Source: Spirulina sp. (GTDB lineage Bacteria; Cyanobacteriota; Cyanobacteriia; Phormidesmidales; Phormidesmidaceae). From it: a stretch of 64,000 nt of DNA. The notes beneath the pieces are model-generated. The model was given only the letters and a program-made list of their open reading frames with translations. It was not told the origin of the DNA and did not search any database. Below are positions 18,369 to 26,479 of this stretch, piece after piece (the first letter of the stretch is position 1; every line of letters starts with the position of its first letter). The translations under genes and the position numbers were made by a program. The stretch is taken from assembly GCA_044070495.1 (NCBI GenBank), contig JBIPSI010000017.1:32001-96000 (forward strand). The letters run 5' to 3'.

Positions 18369-18836
18369 TTAACTCACCTGTATCTTGACGGCTTTACGCT
18401 GCTCCGAATCAACTTTTGACAGGGTTAGATATAACATGCCGTTTTTATATTCGGCCTTTACTGAGTCAGTTTTTACATGGGCAGGTAGGTTGATTTGCCG
18501 TTCAAATTTACCGTACTTAAATTCTGAACGCACAATGCCCCCTTCCTCCGTTTTAGATTCCGATTGTCGTTCTCCCTTTACCAATACCGAGGTTTCAGTC
18601 ACTTGCACATCCAAGTCCTTAGCTTCCATTCCTGGCACCTCTAGATTGACCTGAATGGCGTTAGGAGTTTCTTTAATTTCGGCAGAGGGCACGAAATCTA
18701 GATCGTTCACGCTATCTTGACCATCATTCAAAAAACGAGAGAACAGGGAATTCATCTCCTGTTGCAGTCGTTCCATGCTGCGGAAGGGTTCCCAATGGGT
18801 GAGTTCAGCCATGGGTTCGCGTTGCATCATAGCCAT
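18369..18836 (-). CDS. hspA: Small heat-shock protein (Hsp20/alpha-crystallin)
   Basis: WEPFR, EVPGM, GER, SEFKYGKFER, AEYKNGMLYLTL. Confidence 0.92.
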   Translation of the reverse strand: MAMMQREPMAELTHWEPFRSMERLQQEMNSLFSRFLNDGQDSVNDLDFVPSAEIKETPNAIQVNLEVPGMEAKDLDVQVTETSVLVKGERQSESKTEEGGIVRSEFKYGKFERQINLPAHVKTDSVKAEYKNGMLYLTLSKVDSEQRKAVKIQVS

Positions 18837-19119
18837 AGCAACATCTCCTGATTAATAGGATGATGGCCTGATAGTTAGACCCACCCGATGCCTAGGATTT
18901 TGTCAGCATCGCCATAGCCAGCTTATGGTCAGCCATTGTTGAATGCTGAGGCCAGTATGGTAGGGTAGACAACGCGATACGTTTCGATCTTCCATCGCCT
19001 AGCATTGTCTAGAACGTGCGGTGGGGCACTCATCCAGGCTTACATTCATTTATAAAACAGCCCCGTGAGGAAACCGTGAAGGCTATGGCTTGTCAGGCCG
19101 AGTTTACAAGCGTGGCTAA

Positions 19120-19250
19120 GAGGGCGTTTGAAAAGGGTTGCCTCAGGTGCGATTGGTCGCTAGATCGGTGCAAATCTACGGAATTTTTGACGCCTGAGGC
19201 TGACCTCATCGGTATAACTTGGGACAAGCTTCGGCTTTTCAAGCGTCCTC
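19120..19250. mobile_element. MITE family B, 131 bp, IS5-family (IS1031-group-like) ends with 3-bp TAA target duplication
   Basis: TIRs GAGGGCGTTTGAAAAG / CTTTTCAAGCGTCCTC flanked by TAA on both sides; near-identical copy at 55845-55975. Confidence 0.9.
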
Positions 19251-19408
19251 TAAGCACTTGCGTCGGCAACTTTTGGTGGTGCAAGCGTGATTCTGGTTGC
19301 CAGTAATAAAGGGTTTGACTTGGCTAACTGACACAACGCCGAAAAACATTGATTTCTCGTAGTAGCGCTGTTTATACACATCTTGTTTTCATGCCGTACG
19401 TCTTTGGA

Positions 19409-19484
19409 GATCCCCCTAAATCCCCCTTGTGAAGGGGGTCGTTGAATCCAGTTCCCTCTTTCACAAGGGGGGGGCAGGGGGGAT
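19409..19484. repeat. Palindromic small dispersed repeat (GATCCCCCTAAATCCCCCTT...AAGGGGGGGCAGGGGGGATC)
   Basis: Self-complementary ends; same C-rich/G-rich hairpin core as inside MITE family A. Confidence 0.7.
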
Positions 19485-19578
19485 CGACAAAAGTTTTGCG
19501 CTCCGCCGCTATCACAAAACTGGCCAGGGCTAGGTGGATGAGCGCTTGGGGATTGACCCCCAGCAGGGTGGAGGTGGC

Positions 19579-20538
19579 CTAGTTCGCGTCTTGGATGATG
19601 CCTTGGTTGTCGCTCACCAGATATCCCTCTGGGGTCAACTGACACAGGTCTCGATAGTAATCGCGCTCGGCGATCAAGAGCCTCTGGGCCGTTTGCAGAT
19701 CGGCTAGGCGCTGACGAATCTCCTCCTGCGACCGTTGCACGGCCTCTAAGGCTGCACATAACTGCTGATTCCTAGCGATGAGTTCAGCGATGGTGGGCGA
19801 CGGCTCATTCCCCTGGGAAGGCGCAGACGGTGGAGCCTCTGGGGGCGTCTCCGCTGGGGCATACTTGGGGTTGAGCCGATACCCCACCCGATGCACCGTT
19901 TCAATCAAATCCTTGGGGGCATTGGCTTCCGATAACTTGTGGCGCAGTTCTTTGATGTGGTAGCGCACCACCTCTTCCCCCGGCGCATCGATGGAGTCCC
20001 AGGCGTGGTCGAGGATAGCACGGGCGCTAAAGATCGTTTGTGGATGGCGCAACAGCAGTTCTAGGATGCTGTATTCCTTGGGCGTCAACGACAGCGGTTG
20101 GTCGTGGTAGGTCACCTGACGACGACTGGGATCCAGCGACAGCGCTCCCCAGGCGAGGATCGGTTGCGGATTGCCGCTACTCCGTCGCAGCAGTGCCTGC
20201 AATCGGGCCATCAGCGCCTCTGCATCAAAGGGCTTGATTACATAGTCATCGGCTCCGGCATTCAGCGCCTCTGCTTGGTAGTGCCCGTCTCTGCCCTGCC
20301 CCGTTAGGAGCAGAATCGGCATGTGTTGGTGTTCGGCTCGCAACTGCTGGCACAGACTCACCCCATCCATCCCTGGCAGCCCTCTATCCAAGACCAACAG
20401 GTCGTAGTCGTAGGCAGACACCATTTCCAGACCCGCTTCGGCATCGCTAGCAATGTCCACGGAGTACCGGTATCTACTCAGCAAATGATTCAGGGACTCG
20501 GCAACGGTCGGATCGTCTTCAACAATTAAGATTTTCAC
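19579..20538 (-). CDS. OmpR-type response regulator (REC + winged HTH + coiled coil), truncated inside a PAS domain
   Basis: MKILIVEDD, LDRGLPGMDG, GADDYVIKPF, LTPKEYSILELL, IETVHRVGYRL; ends at PEGYLVSDNQGIIQDAN*. Confidence 0.88.
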   Translation of the reverse strand: MKILIVEDDPTVAESLNHLLSRYRYSVDIASDAEAGLEMVSAYDYDLLVLDRGLPGMDGVSLCQQLRAEHQHMPILLLTGQGRDGHYQAEALNAGADDYVIKPFDAEALMARLQALLRRSSGNPQPILAWGALSLDPSRRQVTYHDQPLSLTPKEYSILELLLRHPQTIFSARAILDHAWDSIDAPGEEVVRYHIKELRHKLSEANAPKDLIETVHRVGYRLNPKYAPAETPPEAPPSAPSQGNEPSPTIAELIARNQQLCAALEAVQRSQEEIRQRLADLQTAQRLLIAERDYYRDLCQLTPEGYLVSDNQGIIQDAN

Positions 20539-20584
20539 GACGCTTCCCCACGGCGAAACAGTCGATAATCTTATATTTTATAAT

Positions 20585-20600
20585 TGTAGCATTTTTTACA
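20585..20600. promoter_or_regulatory. Putative NtcA-binding site
   Basis: TGTA-GCATTTTT-TACA matches GTA-N8-TAC with TGTA/TACA flanks, about 47 nt upstream of the response regulator start. Confidence 0.45.
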
Positions 20601-21047
20601 ATAAAGCTTTTATTGGATAAGTCCTTTAATTCAAATTACTTATCTTTCTAACAATTCGACCTTAGGCTTGAGTAACCTTTTCTACTTAATAGGGTCATTG
20701 CAGGCACTTTATTGCATAGAACTGCGTCAATCCGCTGTCGAGGTCAGCACTCCATGAATTTTAAGAAAAGAAAAGACCAGGGTAGCCACGCCTCGAAAAT
20801 CACCGACTAAGGCGTTTAAAATTCTGCCGCAAATAAATGATCCACCCTTCACGATCACGATCAACCGTCCCTCACCCTATCCTCACAACGACGATCTAGG
20901 ATTAGGCGGGTATCGTTCAACGTCTTGGGCGCTAATCTACGGCGCTGTCGCTGCCTGTTTTGGGCTGGCGAGTTCTAGAATGACCAGCGGCCTGAGATTG
21001 GATATTGAGCCTGTGACGATAGAGAACCCTGGGGCAAAGCTCACTAG

Positions 21048-21177
21048 CTGGTTGACTGACAAAAGATCCTGCGCCGGACGCGGAAACCGCGCCCCTACAA
21101 GATTTGGATAATGTAGGGGTCAGGTCTCCTGACCCTTTGGCGGATCTGGGTTCTCGCAAGTTTTGTCAGTCAACCAG
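21048..21177. mobile_element. MITE family C, 130 bp, 17-bp TIR and perfect 9-bp target duplication (IS4-family-like)
   Basis: CTGGTTGACTGACAAAA ... TTTTGTCAGTCAACCAG flanked by GCTCACTAG at 21039-21047 and 21178-21186. Confidence 0.92.
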
Positions 21178-21360
21178 GCTCACTAGAGTATCGCCAAAAT
21201 CCAGGAACAGGGATGCATCATCATGGATCGCTTCATTGACCATACCGCTCTATCATCCGATGCTGATCCGATGGTTTATGTTTTCTTGGGCAAGGGTGTG
21301 GGCGTTTTAGCATTGTGTTAATAGGCTAAGCACATAATTTTTCACAAACGGCATTTTAGA

Positions 21361-21570
21361 ATGTTAGTTAATCAAGAGACTCGATTCATTAAATTTCTAG
21401 AAGAGGAAATTGCTTTGCCAAAGGAGGCGATTTCCCTAGCATTCCGGCGATCTGGAGGTGATATTGCCCTGCTACCCATTATTTTTTGGCAGTATGGAAT
21501 GGCCGACTTAACCGATCTCACGCTGATGTTCGACTGGCTAGAGTCGCGGTATCGATCTGAATTTACTTAG
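21361..21570 (+). CDS. DUF2949-type small cyanobacterial protein
   Basis: FLEEEIAL...LPIIFWQYG...MFDWLE pattern. Confidence 0.8.
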   Translation: MLVNQETRFIKFLEEEIALPKEAISLAFRRSGGDIALLPIIFWQYGMADLTDLTLMFDWLESRYRSEFT

Positions 21571-21685
21571 GGACTTGCCTGATTGCTTAACACACTCAAA
21601 CGGAGTAGCGCGTCCCGTCAAATTCGTAGGATGTATAACGCCAGGGCGAGCCTGCGTCAATGCGCAGCAATGCACCACCTAGAGC

Positions 21686-21789
21686 CTGGGTTTGGCAACC
21701 GCACCCCTACAGCATTTGGATAATATATGGGTTAGGTTCCCTGACCCTTGGACAGATCTTGGTTCTGGTAAGTTTTGTCAGTTAACCAG
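21686..21789. mobile_element. Degenerate right-hand part of MITE family C
   Basis: CCCCTAC...GGTTCCCTGACCCTT...TTTTGTCAGTTAACCAG. Confidence 0.75.
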
Positions 21790-21958
21790 CGGATTCGGTC
21801 TGGCTAAATGGAGAGCCGCTATAAAAAACTTTAGATTGTGTTACACACGTTACGCACACAAAATCCTCATGGCTTCAAAGATACAGTCAAGGCAATTCAT
21901 CTTTGGTCAAATCAACGATTCTAAATCCTTATTCAAGAAGTTTTTGGGAGGAATTAAG

Positions 21959-22237
21959 ATGAGGAACGTTTTCGATGCTGAATCCAGACAGCGGGAAATA
22001 AATAACAAGGCGATGAATCCTGATCAGTTTAATCAGGTGGTAACCGCCATTATTGAAGGTAAGTATTCCTGGGCCTGTGTATTGATTTTGCGCTTTGCAG
22101 GTTACAACCCCGCCCACTATATTCCCTACCGAACCTACAAACGGTTGATTAAAAGTAATCGCCTAGGTCAATCGGCCCCTGCCACCCCCATCCACGAACT
22201 CCAGCCATCGAAACCGCACTCCTTGTCGGTGTCTTGA
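21959..22237 (+). CDS. hetP: HetP-family protein
   Basis: MNPDQFNQVVTAIIEGKYSWACVLILRFAGYNPAHYIPYRTY motif; GGAGG RBS before ATG 21959. Confidence 0.85.
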   Translation: MRNVFDAESRQREINNKAMNPDQFNQVVTAIIEGKYSWACVLILRFAGYNPAHYIPYRTYKRLIKSNRLGQSAPATPIHELQPSKPHSLSVS

Positions 22238-22249
22238 GGTAGGTAGCGA

Positions 22250-22846
22250 TTAAAACCATCGGTGAAGGCTGGCCCCCGTAATCCCCGTGAACAGCCACAG
22301 CAGGGATCGCAGGCTATCGCGTAGTAGGCGTAGTGGCGATTCCTGTTGTTGGCCATCGGAACCCACCGCAACGGGGGTGATGGCAATGCCCCGGCTACCC
22401 AACACAATGGCCCCTATCGCCCGAGATCGAGCCATGTGGTAGTCGGAGGTGATGACGTAGACATGGTGAATGTGGCCCGCCGCAAAGGTCTGTACCGTGC
22501 AGGTGAAGTTGGTGACCGTATCGACGGCGCAGGAGTCGTAGTAAACCTGGGTGGAGGGCACGCCAGCCCGACGAAAAATAGCCTGGTTTAGGGCCAACCC
22601 CTCTGGATTACCCGACACCCAGAGGGGCAAGTTGGGGTGCGCTTGGGCAAAGTGGGCGGCAAAGTCTACCCGTTCTGTGCGGCCCTCTAGCACCAGGATG
22701 GCCTGGGGGTAGGGCGTTTGGTGATAGGCGATGGCTAGGCGCAGGGCAATGATGCTAAGCGTTAGGCCACACCATCCCACCAGCAAGGTCAGGGCGGTCG
22801 TCCATCGGTTTCTACATATCTGAGATCTGCCCATGGGGGTCTTCAC
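22250..22846 (-). CDS. YdcF/DUF218 (ElyC-like) family protein
   Basis: N-terminal TM, AILVLEG, AVDTVTNF, VITSDYHMARS. Confidence 0.85.
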   Translation of the reverse strand: MKTPMGRSQICRNRWTTALTLLVGWCGLTLSIIALRLAIAYHQTPYPQAILVLEGRTERVDFAAHFAQAHPNLPLWVSGNPEGLALNQAIFRRAGVPSTQVYYDSCAVDTVTNFTCTVQTFAAGHIHHVYVITSDYHMARSRAIGAIVLGSRGIAITPVAVGSDGQQQESPLRLLRDSLRSLLWLFTGITGASLHRWF

Positions 22847-23582
22847 GGAGATGGTTGAGATAGGTGGCTAGGTGATGGGTGAGCCAGTCCTGAAATAGGT
22901 AATCGATCCTCTGATCGAGGGTCTCCGGGGTTTGTTCTGGCTCAACTAGTTCGTCTACCAAGAGCAGCATGGAATACCCACGGTCGGCGGGGCGGGGGCC
23001 AACCACTGCGCCCACGGCAATGTCGCGGAGGAGATCCGCCAGATCTAAGGGTAGTTGCCAGCGCTGCATTCGGCCTTCAAAGCCACACCGTAGCCGCCGA
23101 GTTTCGTCGATATCGTAAATGTGGGCGGCCTCAAAGAAGCTAATTTCCTCTTCTTCAATTTGATAGAATATCTCCCGCGCCAAACTTTCGTAAGGCACTA
23201 AAATTTTATATAAAGAAATTGTTTGGAAATCTCGATTATGAGTATTAAATTGCTCTTGAACTTGGGCCAAAAATAAATGGCGGGCAACCTTTTGAAAGAG
23301 CAGCTTCTCGGCAATACGTTGGCGAATATCATCGAGGGTAGCGAGCCGATCCGCCGCCCAGGGAATGAGTTGGGCCGGGCGATCTAGTTGATAGTCGTAG
23401 ACCAGAGCATCGAGTTCTTGCTGTACCTCGGTATCGGCTACAACCTGCCCGCTCTCCTCAGCGACTTGCTGAATGATTCTCTGGGCAATGATATCTCGAT
23501 AGATACTTTTTAATTTTAAGTCGCGCCGCAGAAAGCCCATGATCTCCTGCGGCAAAATTCCTATGTTTAGGGTGTTGGCCAT
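22812..23582 (-). CDS. PpiC/rotamase-like peptidyl-prolyl isomerase (start chosen at MANTLN; ORF extends to 23660)
   Basis: LAREIFYQIEEEEISFFEAAHIYDID...RRLRCGFEG pattern typical of cyanobacterial PPIases beside type I secretion genes. Confidence 0.78.
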   Translation of the reverse strand: MANTLNIGILPQEIMGFLRRDLKLKSIYRDIIAQRIIQQVAEESGQVVADTEVQQELDALVYDYQLDRPAQLIPWAADRLATLDDIRQRIAEKLLFQKVARHLFLAQVQEQFNTHNRDFQTISLYKILVPYESLAREIFYQIEEEEISFFEAAHIYDIDETRRLRCGFEGRMQRWQLPLDLADLLRDIAVGAVVGPRPADRGYSMLLLVDELVEPEQTPETLDQRIDYLFQDWLTHHLATYLNHLREDPHGQISDM

Positions 23583-24145
23583 AGAGACGACGTGGTACCT
23601 ACCATTCTTAAAAGCGCTAACAAGCTGAATCACTGACAGGATTTTCCTAGATTTTGCCACTTTATCTCAGCTAGAGCCTCGTTTACCCCTAGCTGAGATG
23701 GACTGTGGCTAGGCGAGCTGGCGGCGGTTTTTTACACAGGGCATAATTCTGGATTCCTCAACTCGACCAGTGGATGGAAATTATGACTTCATCAAAAACC
23801 AGAGATTAGATTATAGGGATTAATTGTTGATCAGATTTAAAAATTTACTAAATAACATTGCCACTCCATTTTAATCGATCTAGGCTCCAGTTATGTGCAG
23901 ATTTTCTTTGCGCTCTGGGCAGCTTGGCTAGAAATCTAAATTAATCTTTCTGCTTGGCTTTATAAAGACTTCAGTTGGGGCGGTTTTTTCTTGAAAAATA
24001 AATGAAATGGTAACCCAAATAGGTCTTGCCGCTGTCGCGATGGCTTACAAGATAAACAGGTTATTAACGTAGTGACTCTGGTCGAAGGCTCCTGAGGGCT
24101 TGGCCAGGGGCCTTTGAGTACCCCATAGACAGGTCTAAAACGAGG

Positions 24146-24991
24146 GTGATCGCCGTGGATATTAAGGGTTTTTGGCAGAAAATACGACCATGCTCTCCAG
24201 CGGACATGGGGTTAGATAGTGAACGATGGATCGCCGGTGATCGGCTAGGGGAGAGCCATGACGCCTGCCTTACGGTCCATGGTTCATCGCGGATCCAAAC
24301 CTTCAAGACTGGGTTTGACATTTTCGACTACCAGGTTCCGCCCTGGGCCGAAACGTTGCCCACCGCTGAGGACTACTCCCCTAGCGCCTATTTTGTGGTG
24401 CGGGGGCGAGTCCGCATCCTGGGCCAGAGCCAGCGGCGGGCGCGGCCCTACTCGGCGGCTTTGCTCCATCCGGGCGATTTCTTTGGAGCCGATCACCTGT
24501 TCTATGCCGCCCCCCTGTCCTACCGGGCGGTGGCGGCCTCCTCCTGCCAGGTGCTGCAAATCCCCTGCTCGCATTTAGCCCTGTGGGCGGATCAATTCCC
24601 AGGGTTGGCGGCCCACTGGGGCCGCTGCATCGAGCAACGGGTGCAGCAGGTGTTTTTTAAGCGGTTTACCCCCTTGCAAACCCTGCCGACCCATGTGCTA
24701 AGCACTCAGCTTATCTCGCAGATCCAGGAGTTGCAGGTGGATTGTGGCACCCCGCTGGCGGCGGCGGTACACCCCTACCAAGGCTATTTCTGGCTGCGGT
24801 CGGGCCATCTGGTTGGGCCATCGGCTAGCCACCCATCCCCCGTCCTTGGCCAAGGGTGGAGCAGCGATCACTGCCCCTGGCCCGAGGGGGTGGCTCAAAC
24901 CCCGGTGCGGCTGTTGCACCTAGGGGCCTCCCGTGCGAGGGAAGCGGCTGATCTGCTCCCGGTTCTAAACCCGTTGAGCTTACGCTCCTAG
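24146..24991 (+). CDS. Degenerate cNMP-domain protein resembling the N-terminus of HetC/HlyB-like peptidase ABC transporters, without C39/ABC domains
   Basis: YFVVRGRVRIL, LHPGDFFGAD, LSYRAVAAS, second eroded repeat YFWLRSG; 3' end overlaps the end of glmM. Confidence 0.6.
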   Translation: MIAVDIKGFWQKIRPCSPADMGLDSERWIAGDRLGESHDACLTVHGSSRIQTFKTGFDIFDYQVPPWAETLPTAEDYSPSAYFVVRGRVRILGQSQRRARPYSAALLHPGDFFGADHLFYAAPLSYRAVAASSCQVLQIPCSHLALWADQFPGLAAHWGRCIEQRVQQVFFKRFTPLQTLPTHVLSTQLISQIQELQVDCGTPLAAAVHPYQGYFWLRSGHLVGPSASHPSPVLGQGWSSDHCPWPEGVAQTPVRLLHLGASRAREAADLLPVLNPLSLRS

Positions 24992-26395
24992 GTGGGACTG
25001 GGCAACCCCAGCTAGGTGGTTGGCCCAGTGGTTGACGAGGTCGGCGGCGGGAGCCTCTACCATGATGCGCAGGACGGGTTCGGTGCCCGAAACCCGCACC
25101 AGAATGCGGCCTTGATGGCCAAGGTGGGCCTGGGCAGCCTCGATGGCGACCAGCAGCGGATCGCAATCCTGCCACGGTCGCTGGCGGGCGGAATGGGCCA
25201 GGGCAACATTGCACAGCCGCTGGGGGTAGGATCGAAAACTCTGGCTCACCAGGCTGGCGAGTCGATCCCGGTGCTGCACCAGCAGGGCCAGATGCAGGGC
25301 CGTGGCCAAGCCATCCCCACTGATGCCGAACCGGGGGCATAGAATATGGCCGGAGGGTTCGCCCCCAAGCCCCGCCCCCGCCGCCTCCATGGCCAGATGT
25401 ACCGCCTGATCCCCCACCATGGTGCGAATAAACTGCCCCCCCTGGCGTTTCCAGGCGGCTTCAAAGCTCAGGTTGGCCATGACCGTAGTGACCAGCAGGT
25501 GATGGGGGAGCTGCCCCTGGTGCCTGAGGTACTGTCCTAGCAGGTAGAGCATGTGGTCACCGTTCACCGCATTGCCCTGGTGATCCACGGCGATGACTCG
25601 GTCGGCATCGCCATCGAAGGCAAAGCCCAAATCGGCCTTGGCGGCCAGGACGGCCCGCTGGAGGGGCGGTAGATGGGTCGATCCACAGCGAACGTTGATG
25701 CAGTCCCCCCGGGGTTCGCCATGCAGACTAATCACCTCTGCCCCCAACCGTCGAAACAGGGCTGGGGCCAAAAACACCGCCGCCCCCCAGGCCAAATCTA
25801 AAACAATTTTTAGGCCCGTTAGGGGTCGAGCTTGGGGGTGAGGGGCGGTATTGACCAGATGATCGAGGTATTTGAATAGGAGTTCGGGGCGCTGAAGTCG
25901 CCGCCCTGGTAGGCGAGCCGGGGGGCTGAGGTGCCGATCTGCGCCCCGGCAGAGGGCTTGTTCAATGGCGGTCTGTTGGGCCTGGGAAAGCTTTTGGCCC
26001 GAAGCCCCAAAGAGCTTGAGGCCATTGTCTGTGGGCGGGTTGTGGCTGGCGGAAATCATCACCCCCCCGAGGGCCGGGGTGGTCTGCACCAAATGGGCCA
26101 CGGCGGGGGTCGGGCAGAGTCCCACATCCCACACATTGACACCAGCGGCGGTGATGCCCTGGGTGAGGGCCGCCGCCAGGGCCGGACTCGACAGCCGGGA
26201 GTCTTGGCCCAGGATCATAGGGCCACTGGATCCGTTGGTTTTGAGGATTTGTCCGGCCCAAAACCCCACCCGCTGGGCGAGGGCGGGGGTGAGCAGATCG
26301 GCAGCACTGCCCCGGATGCCATCGGTGCCAAATAGGGCGGGCGGGGGCGGGGGGAGCGTAGATCGGGTATGGGGGGCATAGCGCGGAAGAGGCAT
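24980..26395 (-). CDS. glmM: Phosphoglucosamine mutase
   Basis: LFGTDGIRG, GVMISASHNP (active Ser), AFDGDADR, GGEPSGH, RVSGTEP. Confidence 0.88.
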   Translation of the reverse strand: MPLPRYAPHTRSTLPPPPPALFGTDGIRGSAADLLTPALAQRVGFWAGQILKTNGSSGPMILGQDSRLSSPALAAALTQGITAAGVNVWDVGLCPTPAVAHLVQTTPALGGVMISASHNPPTDNGLKLFGASGQKLSQAQQTAIEQALCRGADRHLSPPARLPGRRLQRPELLFKYLDHLVNTAPHPQARPLTGLKIVLDLAWGAAVFLAPALFRRLGAEVISLHGEPRGDCINVRCGSTHLPPLQRAVLAAKADLGFAFDGDADRVIAVDHQGNAVNGDHMLYLLGQYLRHQGQLPHHLLVTTVMANLSFEAAWKRQGGQFIRTMVGDQAVHLAMEAAGAGLGGEPSGHILCPRFGISGDGLATALHLALLVQHRDRLASLVSQSFRSYPQRLCNVALAHSARQRPWQDCDPLLVAIEAAQAHLGHQGRILVRVSGTEPVLRIMVEAPAADLVNHWANHLAGVAQSHLGA

Positions 26396-26479
26396 CGTTC
26401 GGTATTCTGCAACGGCAGCAGGGCGAAAGGGGCAGGGGAAAAGGGGATAGAGCCAATGGAGCCAGCGTAGAGGGGACGA

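Noticed and set aside
19061..19080. K-box-like motif upstream of hsp20 (TCACGGTTTCCTCAC on the minus strand)
   Set aside because: Spacing is one base short and the 5' part mismatches GTTCGG-NNAN-CCNNAC.
21840..21857. HLR1/RpaB-like GTTAC direct repeat upstream of hetP
   Set aside because: Period is 9 rather than 10 nt and the half-sites match poorly.
21692..21958. N-terminal extension of the HetP ORF to 181 aa
   Set aside because: It runs through a MITE remnant; an RBS supports ATG 21959.
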